64,000 nucleotides of DNA. Source: Octopus sinensis. Taxonomy: Eukaryota. This document shows positions 11,888-25,891 of this stretch, piece by piece (the stretch's first letter is position 1; the number at the start of each line of letters is the position of its first letter). A program made the position numbers and the translations under genes. The stretch covers positions 140,740,001-140,804,000 of the forward strand of contig NC_042999.1 in assembly GCF_006345805.1 (NCBI RefSeq). The letters are read 5' to 3'. Under the pieces are notes generated by a model that worked only from the letters and a program-made list of their open reading frames with translations, made no database searches and had not been told where the DNA came from.

Positions 11888-13011
11888 TTTTTGGAAACCA
11901 AAGAAATGAATACAAGAAAGATTTTGAAAAGCAAAAACATACAGAAAATGGAATAATTTTAAAAAGAAAAAATAGATATAAAACATATTCAAAGAACATG
12001 AATGTATGTAGTTTTCAAGGAGATATCACAGGTACAGTCTAATTTATATACAACTTAAGTCCATACTGTAATAAATATCATCAAACACATTTTGTTGTAT
12101 CTTGCAAGGGTCATTATGCAACACATGTTCATATCAAAATCAGACATATCAATATATCCTTCCTCACAACTCCTACACCTTGTACATCATTCCCCTTCTT
12201 CCTAATCTATTCACCTTATTCCTTTTCCAAATTGGTATTTCACACCTACTGCACCTACACCCTTTTTAAATACTCACTACATTTACCTCTGCTACCTTCT
12301 CTAACCATTTGTTACTCTCTTCCCACACTTTATGCCCCTGCCCCACCCTCCTGATCCAGTTTCCTTGTCCTTATGTTCACCTTGTACCTTAAAGGTTCAC
12401 TCTTGTACCCTACCACTACCATCTTTACCCACTCCTATAAAATGTGGAGTAGCCATGTATCTCCTACATCTGGCCTTGTTCTCTCAACAGCTGGTATAAA
12501 GGTGTCTCCCTCTTCTCACTTAACTGAGGAGGTATTTTCATGTTCTTTTCTTGTCTTGCAAGTTACTTGGTGAACTCACTGATGCTAGTGTTTCAAAAGT
12601 GGTTGGTGTTAGGAAGAGTATCTAGCTGTAAAAACCATAAGGAAGCTGACATTGGAGATTAGCGCAGCTCTGAAGCTCATCAGAATCTATAAAACCATCC
12701 AACCTACACCAGTATAGGAAATAGTCATTAAATAATGATGATGTTATGCTGATGATGATGATGATGATAATGATGATATACACAGACATATATATACTAT
12801 GTGTACACACACACACACACATTTACAGATTATATTAATATGGGTGTTTCTTGTAATTGGTAGAAGGTTTGTGTTGTCTAATGATTCTGAAGGTAATGCT
12901 TTCAAAAGTCTAGCACTTCTGATAGGGTTACCCATGCCAGTAAGGTTAAAGAAGAGGACCTTGTCTAAACATAATCAACTCCTTTCAAGACATCAACAGT
13001 AGAACAAATGT

Positions 13012-13600
13012 ATGCAGACAACAACAATGGTTGATCTCATTGAATGGGAGAAAGAGAGTCTGCCAAATGTCAACCCAACAGAGGGACCAGCTATTCAAAT
13101 TGACAGTACCTTGGTAGATAAAGCAATTAAGGGTATGAAGGCAGGGAAAGTCCCTGGCCTATCAGGAATCACCGCAGAGATGCTCAAAATATCTGGCGGT
13201 GTCAGCTATAGCCTAGTCACCCATATAGTCAACCAGGTGATACATGAAGGAGTCATACCCAATGACTGGTGTAGCAGCACCATAGTCAACTGCTACAAAG
13301 GTAAAGGTGATGCTTTAGATACAAATAATTACAGAGGTATCAAGTTTTTGGATAAGGTAATGAAGGTCATAGAGAGGGTCATAGCCCAACTAATTAGGGA
13401 GAGAGTCAGTCTAGATGAGATGCAGTTTGGGTTCATGCCAGGAAAAAGCACCACTGATGCTATATTTCTGGAAAGACAGCTGCAGGAGAAATACCTAGCG
13501 AAAGATAAACCTCTGCATCTGACTTTTGTTGACATGGAGAAAGCCGTTTGTCAGACCTGTGCAAGCAAGGAAAAGTGGGTGTTAAAATGATAATGATGAT
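13012..13600 (+). mobile_element. RTE-clade LINE reverse transcriptase fragment joined directly to its 3' tail (internal deletion)
   Basis: ORF 13012-13590 contains MKAGKVPGLSGITAEMLK, IPNDWCSSTIVNCYKGKGD, NYRGIK, QFGFMPGKSTTDAIF and FVDMEKA, then an (ATG)n tail. Confidence 0.9.
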
Positions 13601-14606
13601 GAGGTGGCAACGGAGAATGAAAAATTCTGTTACATGTTTCAGTTATAGAACTGGCCATACAGGACCATTGTCTTGAAAAACTAAGTTGATCTTATCAACT
13701 CTAGAATTTATTTTAAAGTTTGCTATTTATTTTATTCATGCTTTTTACAAAACAGTGAAAACAGGAGGGCATAAAGCAGCAAAAGACAAACACAAAATCA
13801 TATATGTATATGATAGGCCTCTGCACAGACATCATCCTCATCATCATTTAGCATCTGCTTTTCATGATGGCATGGGTTAAGCGGTTTGACTGAAACTGGT
13901 AAGCTGTAGGGCTACACCAGGTTTCAATTTGATTTGGCATGGTTTCTATGGCTGGATGTCTTTCCTAATGCCAAGACCATAATGGGTGCTTTTTATATGC
14001 CATGATTATGATTTCACTTGACTTGATAGGTCTTCTCAAGCATGGCATATCACCAAAGGTCTTGGTCACTTGCCATTGCCTCCATGAGGCCCAATGTTCA
14101 AAGGGTGCTTTTTACATGCCACTGGCATGGGTGCCAGTTACATGACACTGGCATTCGCCAGTGGATAATAGTAAAGATCCCAGCTTTATAGATTAAACCA
14201 AACTAGTCTCAAAGCTAATAATCATTCAGCAGGTTACAACCCAACAATGATCCACCTTCATTGTAAACACTTTTCTCGGGAAACTGGTGTAATTTCCTAT
14301 TGCTATATCCAGTAGACTACTTCTAAATATGATCTGGCCATGACAAACAGTGTATTGGCAGCATATCAAAAAAAGCTGAAGAGCTTTCAGTTGTGTTAGC
14401 TATGATCTGTAGTAAACATTTCTTGGCGAGACCACAAGTCCAACCACGAGGTCCTGCTGCATGCAAATATGCTTAATGTTGAATCTATCATTTGGCAGGA
14501 ATGTTATATTCAGTGGGGCATATGATCTGAATGAAGGACACTAGGATCCCCAAGGCTATACTCTAACTCTCTTTCTCTCTATCTCTTTATATATATATAT
14601 CATATT

Positions 14607-14641
<35 letters not shown>

Positions 14642-17329
14642 AGAGAGAGAGCGGGAAAGATATAGATAGAAAGAGAAAGTGAATGAAAGAGAGAATGAGA
14701 TGCATATAAATCAGGTATATGAAAACATTAAAAAACAGTCTGATAAATAGGTAATAAAATAAAAGAGAAATACAGAGCTGGATGGGTGGAGTAATTGGTA
14801 GATAAATATCTAGATAAAGATGCGGAAGAAAATGCAAAAGCATTCTCAAGCAATATGAAGAATGTTTAATTCCCTTTCCACAAAGACACAACAAGCCACT
14901 AAAAAAAAAACATAAAAAGACAAATGAAAGTTAGAGATGTCTAGCTAGTTTTCAATTGATGAGGAAGCTAACTGAAGCTACATCTGAATATATAACAACA
15001 AATTTAAATAAATAGCAAGGTATCAAGCCCTCTATGTCACAAGTCTTTGTACACACAACATATCCACTGGTAACATAAAATTTGTTGCAGTGATTTTTAA
15101 TGTTTTTTTTCTTGTAATATCTTTTGTTCCCATCTTTTCTTTCTAGCTTACATAATTTTTGTTTATTTCTGAGAGCTCATGAAAGAAAACAATGTACAAC
15201 TAAGTAAATATTGAAAACATTTAAAATATTATATAAGTTGGCAAAGAATAATAACTTGCAGAGAATCCTTGGGCAGTATCTGTAAGTTGCAGTTTATAAA
15301 AGATTTGTTGACAAATGTACAGGTGCAGGAGGAAGATCAAATTAGTACAGCAACTTAAACACACATTTGGGACAAGTCCATCTTATAGAAGGAAGCTGAA
15401 CATATATAACCAATATTCATAGCTGTTTACTAAAGGTTATCGAGACATATTTTCTCAGAAATTCTTTCTTTAAGAAAATAGGAAAACAGTAATGAAGAAA
15501 AAAAAAGGGGGGAAAATAACCCTGATCGTAGATTGAGCAGCTAGAAATAGCAATCATATCTTTCTCAAATAATACCCTATTACCTTTAAAAAAGGAGAGA
15601 TACATGTTCTCTGAATGAAGAAAAGGGCATAATGGTTACAGCTTTAGAACCTTTGACCCTAGGTCATTTCAAGTGTGGCATAGAAATATCATAAAAATAT
15701 ACTTCAAGTATGGATGTCTCATCTGATTATAAAGAATTCACATGTCAAGTATGAAAGTCCCATCATTTTATAAAGATGATTGTGCATCAGTATGTATATA
15801 TGTGACAAAAAAGCTTCCCCTTTCATCATCATCTCTCAGTAAGCTACAGAGGTTTTAAATAGTAATATTTTCAATAACAAAATGATTTTATCAACATGTT
15901 GAAAACTGGAATTGACCCAGAGACCTTCAAATTTTCATGCACACAATCTCTCTCAATCAAGCCATTACAGCTATTTGCAAATGTCTTTCTAATTAATCAA
16001 AATATATTGTAGTCATTAAAAAGAGAATATTTGTTATAACATATCAAAATACATTAAACAATGGGTAAACAACAAATTCATTCCAAATAAAAATGTAAAT
16101 TAAAATGTAATAGTTTTGCTTTGTTTCATACAGCTTTACAGTTTTCTTTTACATGTCTCAGTTTTGTCTGAAATCTATATATTTATATAAAGAAGAAGAT
16201 TGACATATTGCAGCTACAATAAAGACTCTTCTTTAATCCCCTGTATACAGGTGTTGAGAAGCTAAAGTATGATGGCAGGACAGGTACAGGTGTTTTGCTA
16301 TAAAGAAGAAATATAGATACCAAATACTACATAAGGGTGGATGGGAGTAACTGGAAAGAAGACAATGATAGTGGAGATTAGGTGCCAGAGCCTACTCCCA
16401 AGATACAAGAAGGTGAACATAAATGAGGATATGCACAAAGAATTGGGAAGGGTGGATGGATAAGTTCATTAGAGTGCGAAAGGAAAATAACAAATTGGTG
16501 TAAAGGTGAATGCAGTGAAAGGAACAAAGGTGGGAGTATGGTGAATGGTAAATATCAGTACAGGGAGAAAGTAAAAGAAATAAGAATGGCTCAGGAAAGA
16601 GGAAGTGGCAGTATAGGAAGGGAGGAGAGCAACCATATAATAAACTTGTGAGAGAGATCAGAAAATATGGTGCTGATGTGCAGAGTAGGAGAGTAGAGTG
16701 GGAAGGTCGCCAATGGCAGATATGACAGGGTGATAAGAATGATTCAGTTGTTACACAACCTGGTGAAAAAGCAGTTAAAACAGTCATAAACTACAACCTT
16801 AAACAAAAGCTAAATCAAACAATATAGTTTCTAGTATACAAATGATAGGATCGTCATGAATGAAATGCCTTTCATTAGTTTTCCAACTATGACTGATCTG
16901 GAGCTACATGACAACACCAAAGTTTATTTTGAGCTAAGAAGAGAAGGCTTTTGCATATGCACACAACCTGCTGGTATAGTAATCAATTGCTCCTCAGTTC
17001 ATTCCCTACCACCATGAATTAGGAGAGAATCCATTGGAAAATTCAATCTCCTATATACAAACACGGTGTATTTTAAATATAGTTTATTTTGCTTTTACAT
17101 TCATTTTTCCATGCTAGCATGATTAGACAAATATGGTATTGAAACACTGTTTTATAGGTGCTCTTCTTGATGCTAACCCTTAGTAAAGAAGCTCTTATTC
17201 TATAAAGCTTTGAAAGCACAAAGTGAGTGAACAAATTGACAGGGCAAATGCCAAACAACACCACCTGAATGGCTTTTGAATACATGATTACAGATGTAAA
17301 CAAACATATATATATGTATATGTATGTAT

Positions 17330-17925
17330 ATTCTTTACTCTTTTACTTGTTTCAGTCATTTGACTGCAGCCATGCTGGAGCACCACCTTTATTTGAGCAA
17401 ATCAACCCCAGGACTTATTCTTTGTAAGCCTAGTACTTATTCTATCAGTCACTTTTGCTGAACTGCTCAGTTACGGGGACGTAAACACACCAGCAACAGT
17501 TGTCAAGCGATGTTGGGGCGACAAAAATAAGTATACACACACACACACACACATATATATATACGAAGGGCTTCTTTTCAGTTTCTGTCTACCAAATCCA
17601 CTCACAAGGCTTTGGTCAGCCCGAGGCTATAGCAGAAGATACTTGCCCAAGGTACCACACAGTGGGACTGTACCTGGAACCATGTGGTTGGTAAGCAAGC
17701 TACTTACCATACATCTACTCCCATGCTTATATATGTATATATATCTACATACACACACACACACACATACATGATAGGCTTCTGCTCAGTTTCTGTCCCC
17801 AAAAATCCACTGACAAGGCTTTAGTTAGCTATGAGCTATAACAGAAAACATGTGCTTAAGGTGTTGTGCTGTGGGAATGAAACCAAAATTATATGGTTGA
17901 AAGCTAATTTCTCATTACATAGCCT
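17330..17925 (-). mobile_element. tRNA-derived SINE copies (second family)
   Basis: cttttcagtttctgtctaccaaatccactcacaaggctttggtc...ggaaccatgtggttggtaagcaagct. Same family at 24870-25262(+), 44445-44735(-), 48520-48830(+), 54432-54560(-), 62110-62248(+) and 62917-63015(+). Confidence 0.75.
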
Positions 17926-20545
17926 TGAGGACATGGAAAACTACTCTTGATAAAATGTGGCCACTACAATCTGTAAAGTGGTTGGTGTTAGGAAAGACAT
18001 CCAGCTATACAAACCATACCTAAATGAAATGTGCAAGCAAGCATGGTTAGTAGACATATCTAGAGGGTAGTAACTTCAAATAGGAACTGACTTAAAATGC
18101 GATGCCCTGTCTAACCCTTTTGAGCATGGAAAGCAAATGATGATGATAAAAAGGTAAAGGAAAAGAAAGGAGCGATATTTTCATCGACAAAGATATATAA
18201 ACATGTTTATTTTCAGTCTTATATTCTGCTAGGTTCAAAGAGAATTGTAATGTTTCCATTCTGCCAAACCACAGTGGTTGCAATCCACAAATCCAAGGAA
18301 AAGAAAACAAAATTCAACAAATTCAATTTATAATTATCTTCTTTTTTTCTACCTCCATTTTTCCAAGCTTGTGTCATTGGAGAAATAGTTTTTATAATTG
18401 AATGCTTTTCTTATCACAACTAAACTCTTAAAGCTGGCAAATCAGAGCAAGTTAACATGTATCCAGCTAGTAAAGAACAACAGGTGAGCACAGACCCAGG
18501 TGTATGATCCAAATCTTTGCGATAGAGTGAAGATTTTAAATGGTATTGTCATTCTTGTTGTTCATCCCTGATTTGAGTTCACCTTTGACCAAATGAAATC
18601 CAACCATGACTATAGTTTTTCTTTTTCAAGATAAAGATATAGTAACTCTAAGATGACTTTATCTAATATGTCTATTCTTTATTTAAGATGGCAGGGAGTT
18701 TATATTGAAAGAAATTTGGCTGCTATTTTTAGCAGGTTCATTGATCATGAAAAGGATCTCTCATCATTGATGTTGATGGACCACATACTGGTGCTAAGCC
18801 AGGCAATGTATATGATTACATACACTGGGATATTCTGCTTTCCTGGAACTTAAAATAATAAACAAGAAATTCAAAAGAAAGAAGTAACAGAAGCAGAGCT
18901 AAATGTATGAATATGAATAAACTGTTTTGGTATATTAATAGAATTTTACAAACAAATTTATACTGTTTATATACACCATTATCAAAAGCAATCAATTGAT
19001 ATGACGAGACAAGCAAAACTGTGCATTAGTGTTAAGGAATGGTAAATAAAGATATACCAAGATTCACTGACATAAAGCCAAGTATAGACAGACTTGCCAA
19101 TCAAGAAGCTATCCCATTCCTTGTAAAATTTTCAAAGAGAATGTATACATTTTATTATCTTTGGCTATTAATATATGTAATTGTTCTGGATGAGTAGGAA
19201 AAATGTTGGATTCAGTTTGAAAATATCTGACTAATATCAACTGTTTGGTTAGAAACTTCCGCAGTGCATTTCTAGGATACTTGTTTTTACCCAAGAGTTT
19301 TTGTTTACTATCTTCAAATTATTTTTACCTGTTGAGGATTGAATTTTAGATCTTTTAAGCACAACCTCATACCAATACTACTGGTATGAACATCAAAAGA
19401 TTTTTCTAGAAGTCACTAAGAGTTTATCAAATATCATTAATGCTAAGTGCTAAATGTTATTTTTATAACAGTTTGGAGCTACACAGAAAATAAAAAACAA
19501 TCATCAAATAACTGAATTAAAATCCAGTAACTACAAGTTCCAGGATCTATAGAGTACTACAAAAGATTTCTATAAAATACCCACTACTTTAAATAAAAAC
19601 AATCTGCAGTGATGAAGCTACTTGACAACAAGATCTTTGACATAAAGAGGGCACATTTTGAAGAAACAAACAACTCATTGTGGTACATATGTACCATGAA
19701 GCAGAAGATAAAATTTAAATATACAGCAATCCTACTCGAATACAATGGTCTGACTGCAAAGATATGAATTTGAAAACAACAGAGCATCAAAACAGTGATG
19801 TTGAGTCACTCTGCACTAGTCTATGCCTCACCATTGTACAACCAAGCCAGATCTGTTAGAAACAGCTGTTAAACTTGCCTTGAATAATGTCTTACTGTCT
19901 TTAAAAATTGTGAAATGCATTGGATAATGTAATCCTAGATACACTGTGTCTGAAGAAAAAGACTGGATAGGTCACAGCTGGAATGTCATTAATCATGAGT
20001 CTCCTGGATCAGAGTTAGATAAGGTCTAAATAATAACCAAATGAAGATATTAAGAATGGTTTGAATATCTAGAACTCCATTTGTTTGTGAAAGAATCTAC
20101 AAAGTTGATACAAGACTCTTAAAAATCACAAATGAAATTATCAGATGGGAAGGAATTGTAAACATGTACAGTAAAAACAAGTAGAATGTTCTTACATAAT
20201 CAACGGTCCAACTGTACCTTAATGATAACTCTGCTATGATAACATTAGAAATATGACTGCTAACAAGTCCAAAAGATCTAGAACAAATAAATGGAGGAAA
20301 AAGGTTGTATAGCAGCTAAAACCTGAACAACATGGCTTAGGTTTTATAGAGATTTTATAGCTTAGTCATTTCCCTTAGCAAGCATTATAAGAGTAATAAT
20401 TTCTACATCAAACAAAACAGAATTTATCAATCATTTACTCTGTAGATATACTGCAATCTACCACTCTTACAGGTAGGTGAGAATGCATTTTTACATGAAT
20501 GCATTCATACATGCTGACATACATACAATTTTGTTAAGGCCTATA

Positions 20546-21455
20546 CAGTAATCACTCACCATACTGTGGTTCACCTATTGTGCCCTCAGTACATCGTGGA
20601 TTTTTCTGGCTAATATATATAAATTTATATTGTGGATTTCTCAGTATATCGTGGGTTTCTGTGGTTGATAGGTATTGATATTTAAAAAATTTTTAATTAT
20701 TTCTGCGGTAAAATAAACATTTTCCCACCTACAAATTAATGAATTAATAAATAAAAATACAGTACAGTACTGCACTCTATAACACATTAATTAAAATATA
20801 TTAAAAGAAAATACATAGTGTACTGTAGATGAATAAACAAAGAATCGCACATACTGTTTGGAAATCAAAACTTGGGAGGCAAGTATGTGGTGTTGTTTTA
20901 CTTTTGTGTGTAAAATTGTGAATTTATCACAAGCCCTATAAAGTTGCCCAAATGTTCTGCACCTTCTAAGGCTTCTGGCAGTGAACCCAAGTGTCAGAGG
21001 AAGATGCTTACTATAGCAGAGAAGGTGAGACTCCTTGACATGCTTAAGGAAGGGAGAAGGTATGCAGCCTATCACTAGAACACATCTCAATTCTAGCAGA
21101 ACTTCAGAGAATGATGGAAGATTGGGACAGCCAGATGATTCATGCATTGCAGTTCAGAAATGCAATCGACAGAGCCATGGAAGTTTATAAAAACCTCCTT
21201 ACACAGAAGAAAAGGCAGTGTCAGCAACTGCCCATCACTATGTTCCTCATCTGAAAAAAAGAGAAGACATAGGTACTCCTAAGTGTGTGAGGAGAGTTTA
21301 TAAAAGCTTTAATATATAAAAATAATAAAATAGATATAAACAAATTATAAAAATGATTAAAAAGATATACACTGCTGTACTGTTTCTACTTTGTGGATTT
21401 TACCTATTATGGGGGGTTTTGGAACCTAACACATGTGAGAGTCAAGGAATCACTG
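20546..21455 (+). mobile_element. Internally deleted pogo/Tigger-like DNA transposon
   Basis: Ends TA|CAGTAATCACTCACC and GTCAAGGAATCACTG|TA (imperfect TIRs, TA target site). Internal PKCQRKMLTIAEKVRLLDMLKEGRRYAA at about 20986-21070 resembles a CENP-B-type HTH start. Confidence 0.8.
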
Positions 21456-21493
21456 TATATGTGTGTCTATACACACACACAAATATATACATA

Positions 21494-22763
21494 CAGTGTC
21501 CCAGAAAATTTTCTCCATGGTTAAAACTCTTCCTAGAGAATATCAGTGTTCAGGTAATATCTATATTTTACATAAAGATTTGTGTGTCTTTTGTTCATGA
21601 GTCTATTGTTTTGTTTGTCTATAACAGGTTTGTAAACAAACATGGCATCAAAAGCAAAACGTGACCAGATTGTCACTATGAAAACAGCTGGAGTGAGAAA
21701 CAAGGACATAACAAAATAATTGAATGTGTGCCATAAAACAATGTTCAATACCTGGAAAGGATATATGGAGTCTGCTACTACCTCTAGCAAGCTAATTTCT
21801 GGTAGGAAGTGATCAATTTGTACCAAACAAACTGTTGAAGTTGTGAAGGAGCAAATGAACCAAAATCTCTGCAGGAGTGCAAGAAAAACTGCAAAAGCTC
21901 TTGATATTTCGAAATCGTCAATGCAGAGGATTGTTAAAGAGAATTTAAAACTGCATGCAAGAAACAATCCTAGCAGTTAGTTTCCACAGCTTTCAAGAAG
22001 AAACGGCTCAACAGGGGTAAAACCATGTTAGCTGAGATGAAGCATACTGCTAATAAAGTGGTGATCTAGTTCAACAAGATTTTCACCATGGAGGCAGTTA
22101 CCAACAAGAAGAGTGACAGGCTTTATGCATGTAATGCAGGAGACTTGTCCAAAGGTAGCAGGTGTCATTTACACTGTCAGAAGCCAGCTTCACTCATGGT
22201 GTAGGCCACAGTTGCATCTGATGGGTCCAAGTCTCCCTTGATCTTCATTGATACTAGCGTCAAAGTCAACAGTGAAGTTTATGTGGAAATGTTGGATAAG
22301 AAAGTGTTACCCTGGGTCACAGAAACCTTTGGTGACTGTTAAATCTTCACTCAAGACAGGGCTCCAATCCACACACCCAATTTGACACAGAAGTGGTGCA
22401 AAGAGCATTTCAGTAGTTTTGGGGGCAAGATAATATGGCCTCCTTCAAGTCCAGGCATTAATCCCAATGACTTTGCTATTTGGTCCATCTTAGAGTGTAA
22501 TGTTTCTGCTCACTTCTATTCAAATGTGTCATATCTGAAGAAAGCCCTTCTGTCTTCATGAGTCAAGTTGGATGAAGAGGGGGTATGGTGACCACTCATT
22601 TGCAGGCTATAATCAAGGCAAAAGATGGCTATTTTGAAATGTACTTATTGTAATGGATTGACAATTTACATTAGAATGTGTGTGCCAAATTTCATTATCC
22701 AACCTTAAATTTATTTTGAATAATTAAGAAATATCAATGGGTAAATCTCTCTGGCACACCCTG
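21494..22763 (+). mobile_element. Near full-length but decayed maT (DD37D) Tc1/mariner transposon
   Basis: Imperfect TIRs TA|CAGTGTCCCAGAAAATT and AATCTCTCTGGCACACCCTG. Transposase starts at 21642 (MASKAKRDQIV). QDRAPIH...WPPSSPGINPNDF has 37 residues between the second and third catalytic D. Stops and frameshifts are present. Confidence 0.85.
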
Positions 22764-22940
22764 TGTATAGCATGTGTGTTTCAAAAGGTTAATTGAAAGT
22801 GCTCACACATTAGCAAAACAATTTCTTCCCAAAAAAGGTTAGCAACATCTTGGTAAAAGATTTTATAACATTTAAAAAAAAATAATTTTAAAAAATCGCC
22901 TTTACACTTCAAAACTATATTAAGTAATTCTCATAGACTC

Positions 22941-23060
<120 letters not shown>

Positions 23061-23924
23061 GTCTGTTGATGGATGTATGATGCAAAATAGATAGATAATA
23101 AATAGTTAAGTAGGTAGATAAGTGATATTAATATAAAATTTTAAAATTATAACCACAATCTTTAAAAACAGAAGGAAACAGACCAACTCACAGAACTTGA
23201 ACCACACTTCTATTGCTTGCTAGGGACTGCATTACTGGTTACACTACAGGAACCCTGCTAATCTCTCTCTCTCCCTCTCCTCTGATCTCCCCTCTCTCCA
23301 CTCTCTCACCCCCTCTCCCTCTCTCTGTATCTTCCAAATATATTTTTATTTTTATCTTTTACTTGTTGCAGTCATTAGACCATTAGACTGTGGCCATGTT
23401 GGGGTACCACCTTGAAGAATTTTAGTCAAACAAATCAACCCTAGTATTTATATAGAAATATATATACCATTGTTCAGTATTGCAGGATGCCTTCGACAAA
23501 ATGTCTATAACCAACAACCAATAAATACATGATCTGTATACAACCTGTTTTTCTTTTCTAACACAATTTGGTGCTTATAATAACTAATATTACTGCACAA
23601 CTAAAATCTTACCAGTTAATTCATGTGTATATAGACAGCATGGAATATGGGTGTTAAATGAAGATGTATACACATACATTCATGTATATATATCTAAAAG
23701 TTTTGAAAATTAAAACAGAAGCTCCATAAAAGAACAAAAAAAAAATTCATACACAGGATATAGTTATGCTCTTTCCTTGTCAGTTGTCGTCCAAAAAAAT
23801 CATTACAATTTTATGCCTTTAATGATAATATTGACCATTTTTGATGGCATCAACAGCGAAAAACTGTGGGGAATAGCAAGTGAATACTGAAGACAGTGAC
23901 AAAAACAATGCTATGCACCCATCT

Positions 23925-24620
23925 TGGATTAATCTTCTCTCTTCGTGCCACATGGGCTCAACTCTCCTCCCCTCTCCTCTCTTCCTCTCACACCTACTTC
24001 CTCCCACCCACCTCTCCTCTCTTGCTCTGACTCCTACTTCTCTTCACTCCTACTTACCTTCTTCTTTCCCCTTCTCCCTTCATCATCACCCCTCCCTCGT
24101 AACCCTACCCCTACACAATCCAATTCCATCTTCCCTATCCATCCCATCCCACCCCATCCCTTATACCTACACCCACATACCCGACCCTTGCTTTCCCCAC
24201 TTCCCAACACCATCGCATCATATCTCACCACCTGCACACACTAGCACTGACCACTTCCCAGCACCCACACCATCAACCATAAACCTACACATGCACACGT
24301 CAAAGTCACCAGTCCTCTTCCATATGCACATACATGCTCTCTTATACACAAGCACGTGCACATTTGTTTTGGGATCACCACTACTTTATTATCTTCCCTT
24401 CTTCCTAGCTCTCCTGTGTGACCCCTCTGTCTGGAATTTGCCATGACAGATCGCTAGCCACTACACATTCTTTATTTTCTCTCCCTGTTTCTTTCTGTGG
24501 AAGAGCATAGACTCGAAACGTTAAAGACTTTTTCACTTCTTGAGCGTTAAACTAATACATGTTTGTTGTCTACACCACCTGTCTTCGACTTTTGTTTTTT
24601 TTTGTGAATTCTCCCAATAT
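23925..24620 (+). mobile_element. Penelope-like element 3' remnant (GIY-YIG C-terminus, pyrimidine-rich UTR, terminal repeat with hammerhead-like motif)
   Basis: LIFSL...VPHGLN (frameshifted) at about 23929-23962 matches the GIY-YIG C-terminal LIFxLxxxxPxGLN. 24200-24620 is closely similar to 41675-42080. Shorter copies lie at 44775-44920 and 62420-62560. Confidence 0.65.
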
Positions 24621-25891
24621 ATACATACACACATACACATACAACTGGCAAAATTTTAAATGTACAATAATATTAGTTTTCATAAACACCAATTTGAGAC
24701 AGGAAAGAACAACAGACCTACTGGTTGGACACACACTATGTATTTATTGCTTGCCAGTTGTAAACACTGACACAAAGTAAGGTACCTTGCAAAGCTGGAC
24801 AACAGTATAATTCAAAGCTTCAGAAACTTAGTAAGAATTGTATTATCTGAATGATAAATCAAAACTAGATGTGGCTTTGTTTTAAGAAGTTTTCCTAACC
24901 ACATGGTTCCAGATTCAGTCCTACTGCATAGCACTTTGGGAAAGTGCCTTCTGCTATAGCCTTGGGCTGACCAAAGCTTTTGAGGATTTGGAAAATGGAA
25001 ACAGAAATAAGCCTTTCATATGTATATATATCTATATGAGTGGGTGTATGCATGTATGCATGTGCGCACATGTATGTCTCCCACCACCACTTGACAACCA
25101 GTGTTGGTGTGTTTATACTCCTTAACAGTTCGGCAAAAGAGATTGATAAAATAAGTACCAGGCTTAAAACAAAATGTATTAGGGTTGATTTGTTTGACTA
25201 AAATTCTTCAAGGTGGTACCCCAACATGGCCACAGTCTAATGACTGCAACAAGTAAAAGATAAAAATAAAAAAGATATTTGGAATATACAGAGGGAAAGG
25301 GGGTGAGAGGGTAGAGAGAGATGGGGTGAGAAGAGAGAGACAGGAGGTCAGAGGAGAGAGAGAGCGAGAGAGATGGGAGGGGTTGAGAGGAGAGAGAAAA
25401 TAGTGGAAATTATAGTAGAGCATATATAATCTACCATGAAGTAACTTTTCTAAATTTCTCCACATGAAAGTATGAAGAACTTGGAATGTTGTGTAGGTGA
25501 GAGTTTTAGCAAGGTGAGACAGATAAATAGGCTACTAACTGAAAGAATCTCTATAAAAATATTCCATCCTTTTATAAGATGTTTTGGCTTCTAAATAAGA
25601 CTTACATAGAAATCATTATACATATTTTTCAAATTATACAATATGTATATAGATATATACATACACACCCACCGACAGACAGAAACAGGCATATATGCAT
25701 AATATGTATATCTATATATAGACACACATACACATGTATGCATACATGCATCTATGTATGATTTTTCTTTGAGTTTAATTTAAGTTCTTCCTGAGTGTAT
25801 GTATCTACGTATGTATGTATTGTTGGTAGGGACACAGTGTTCCATTTAGCAACCATAATATACTACCAAGTATAGTAAAGGTTTAGAAGTC

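Noticed and set aside
23880-24446. 188-aa Pro/Ser/His-rich ORF
   Set aside because: Translation of the pyrimidine-rich UTR of a Penelope-like remnant.
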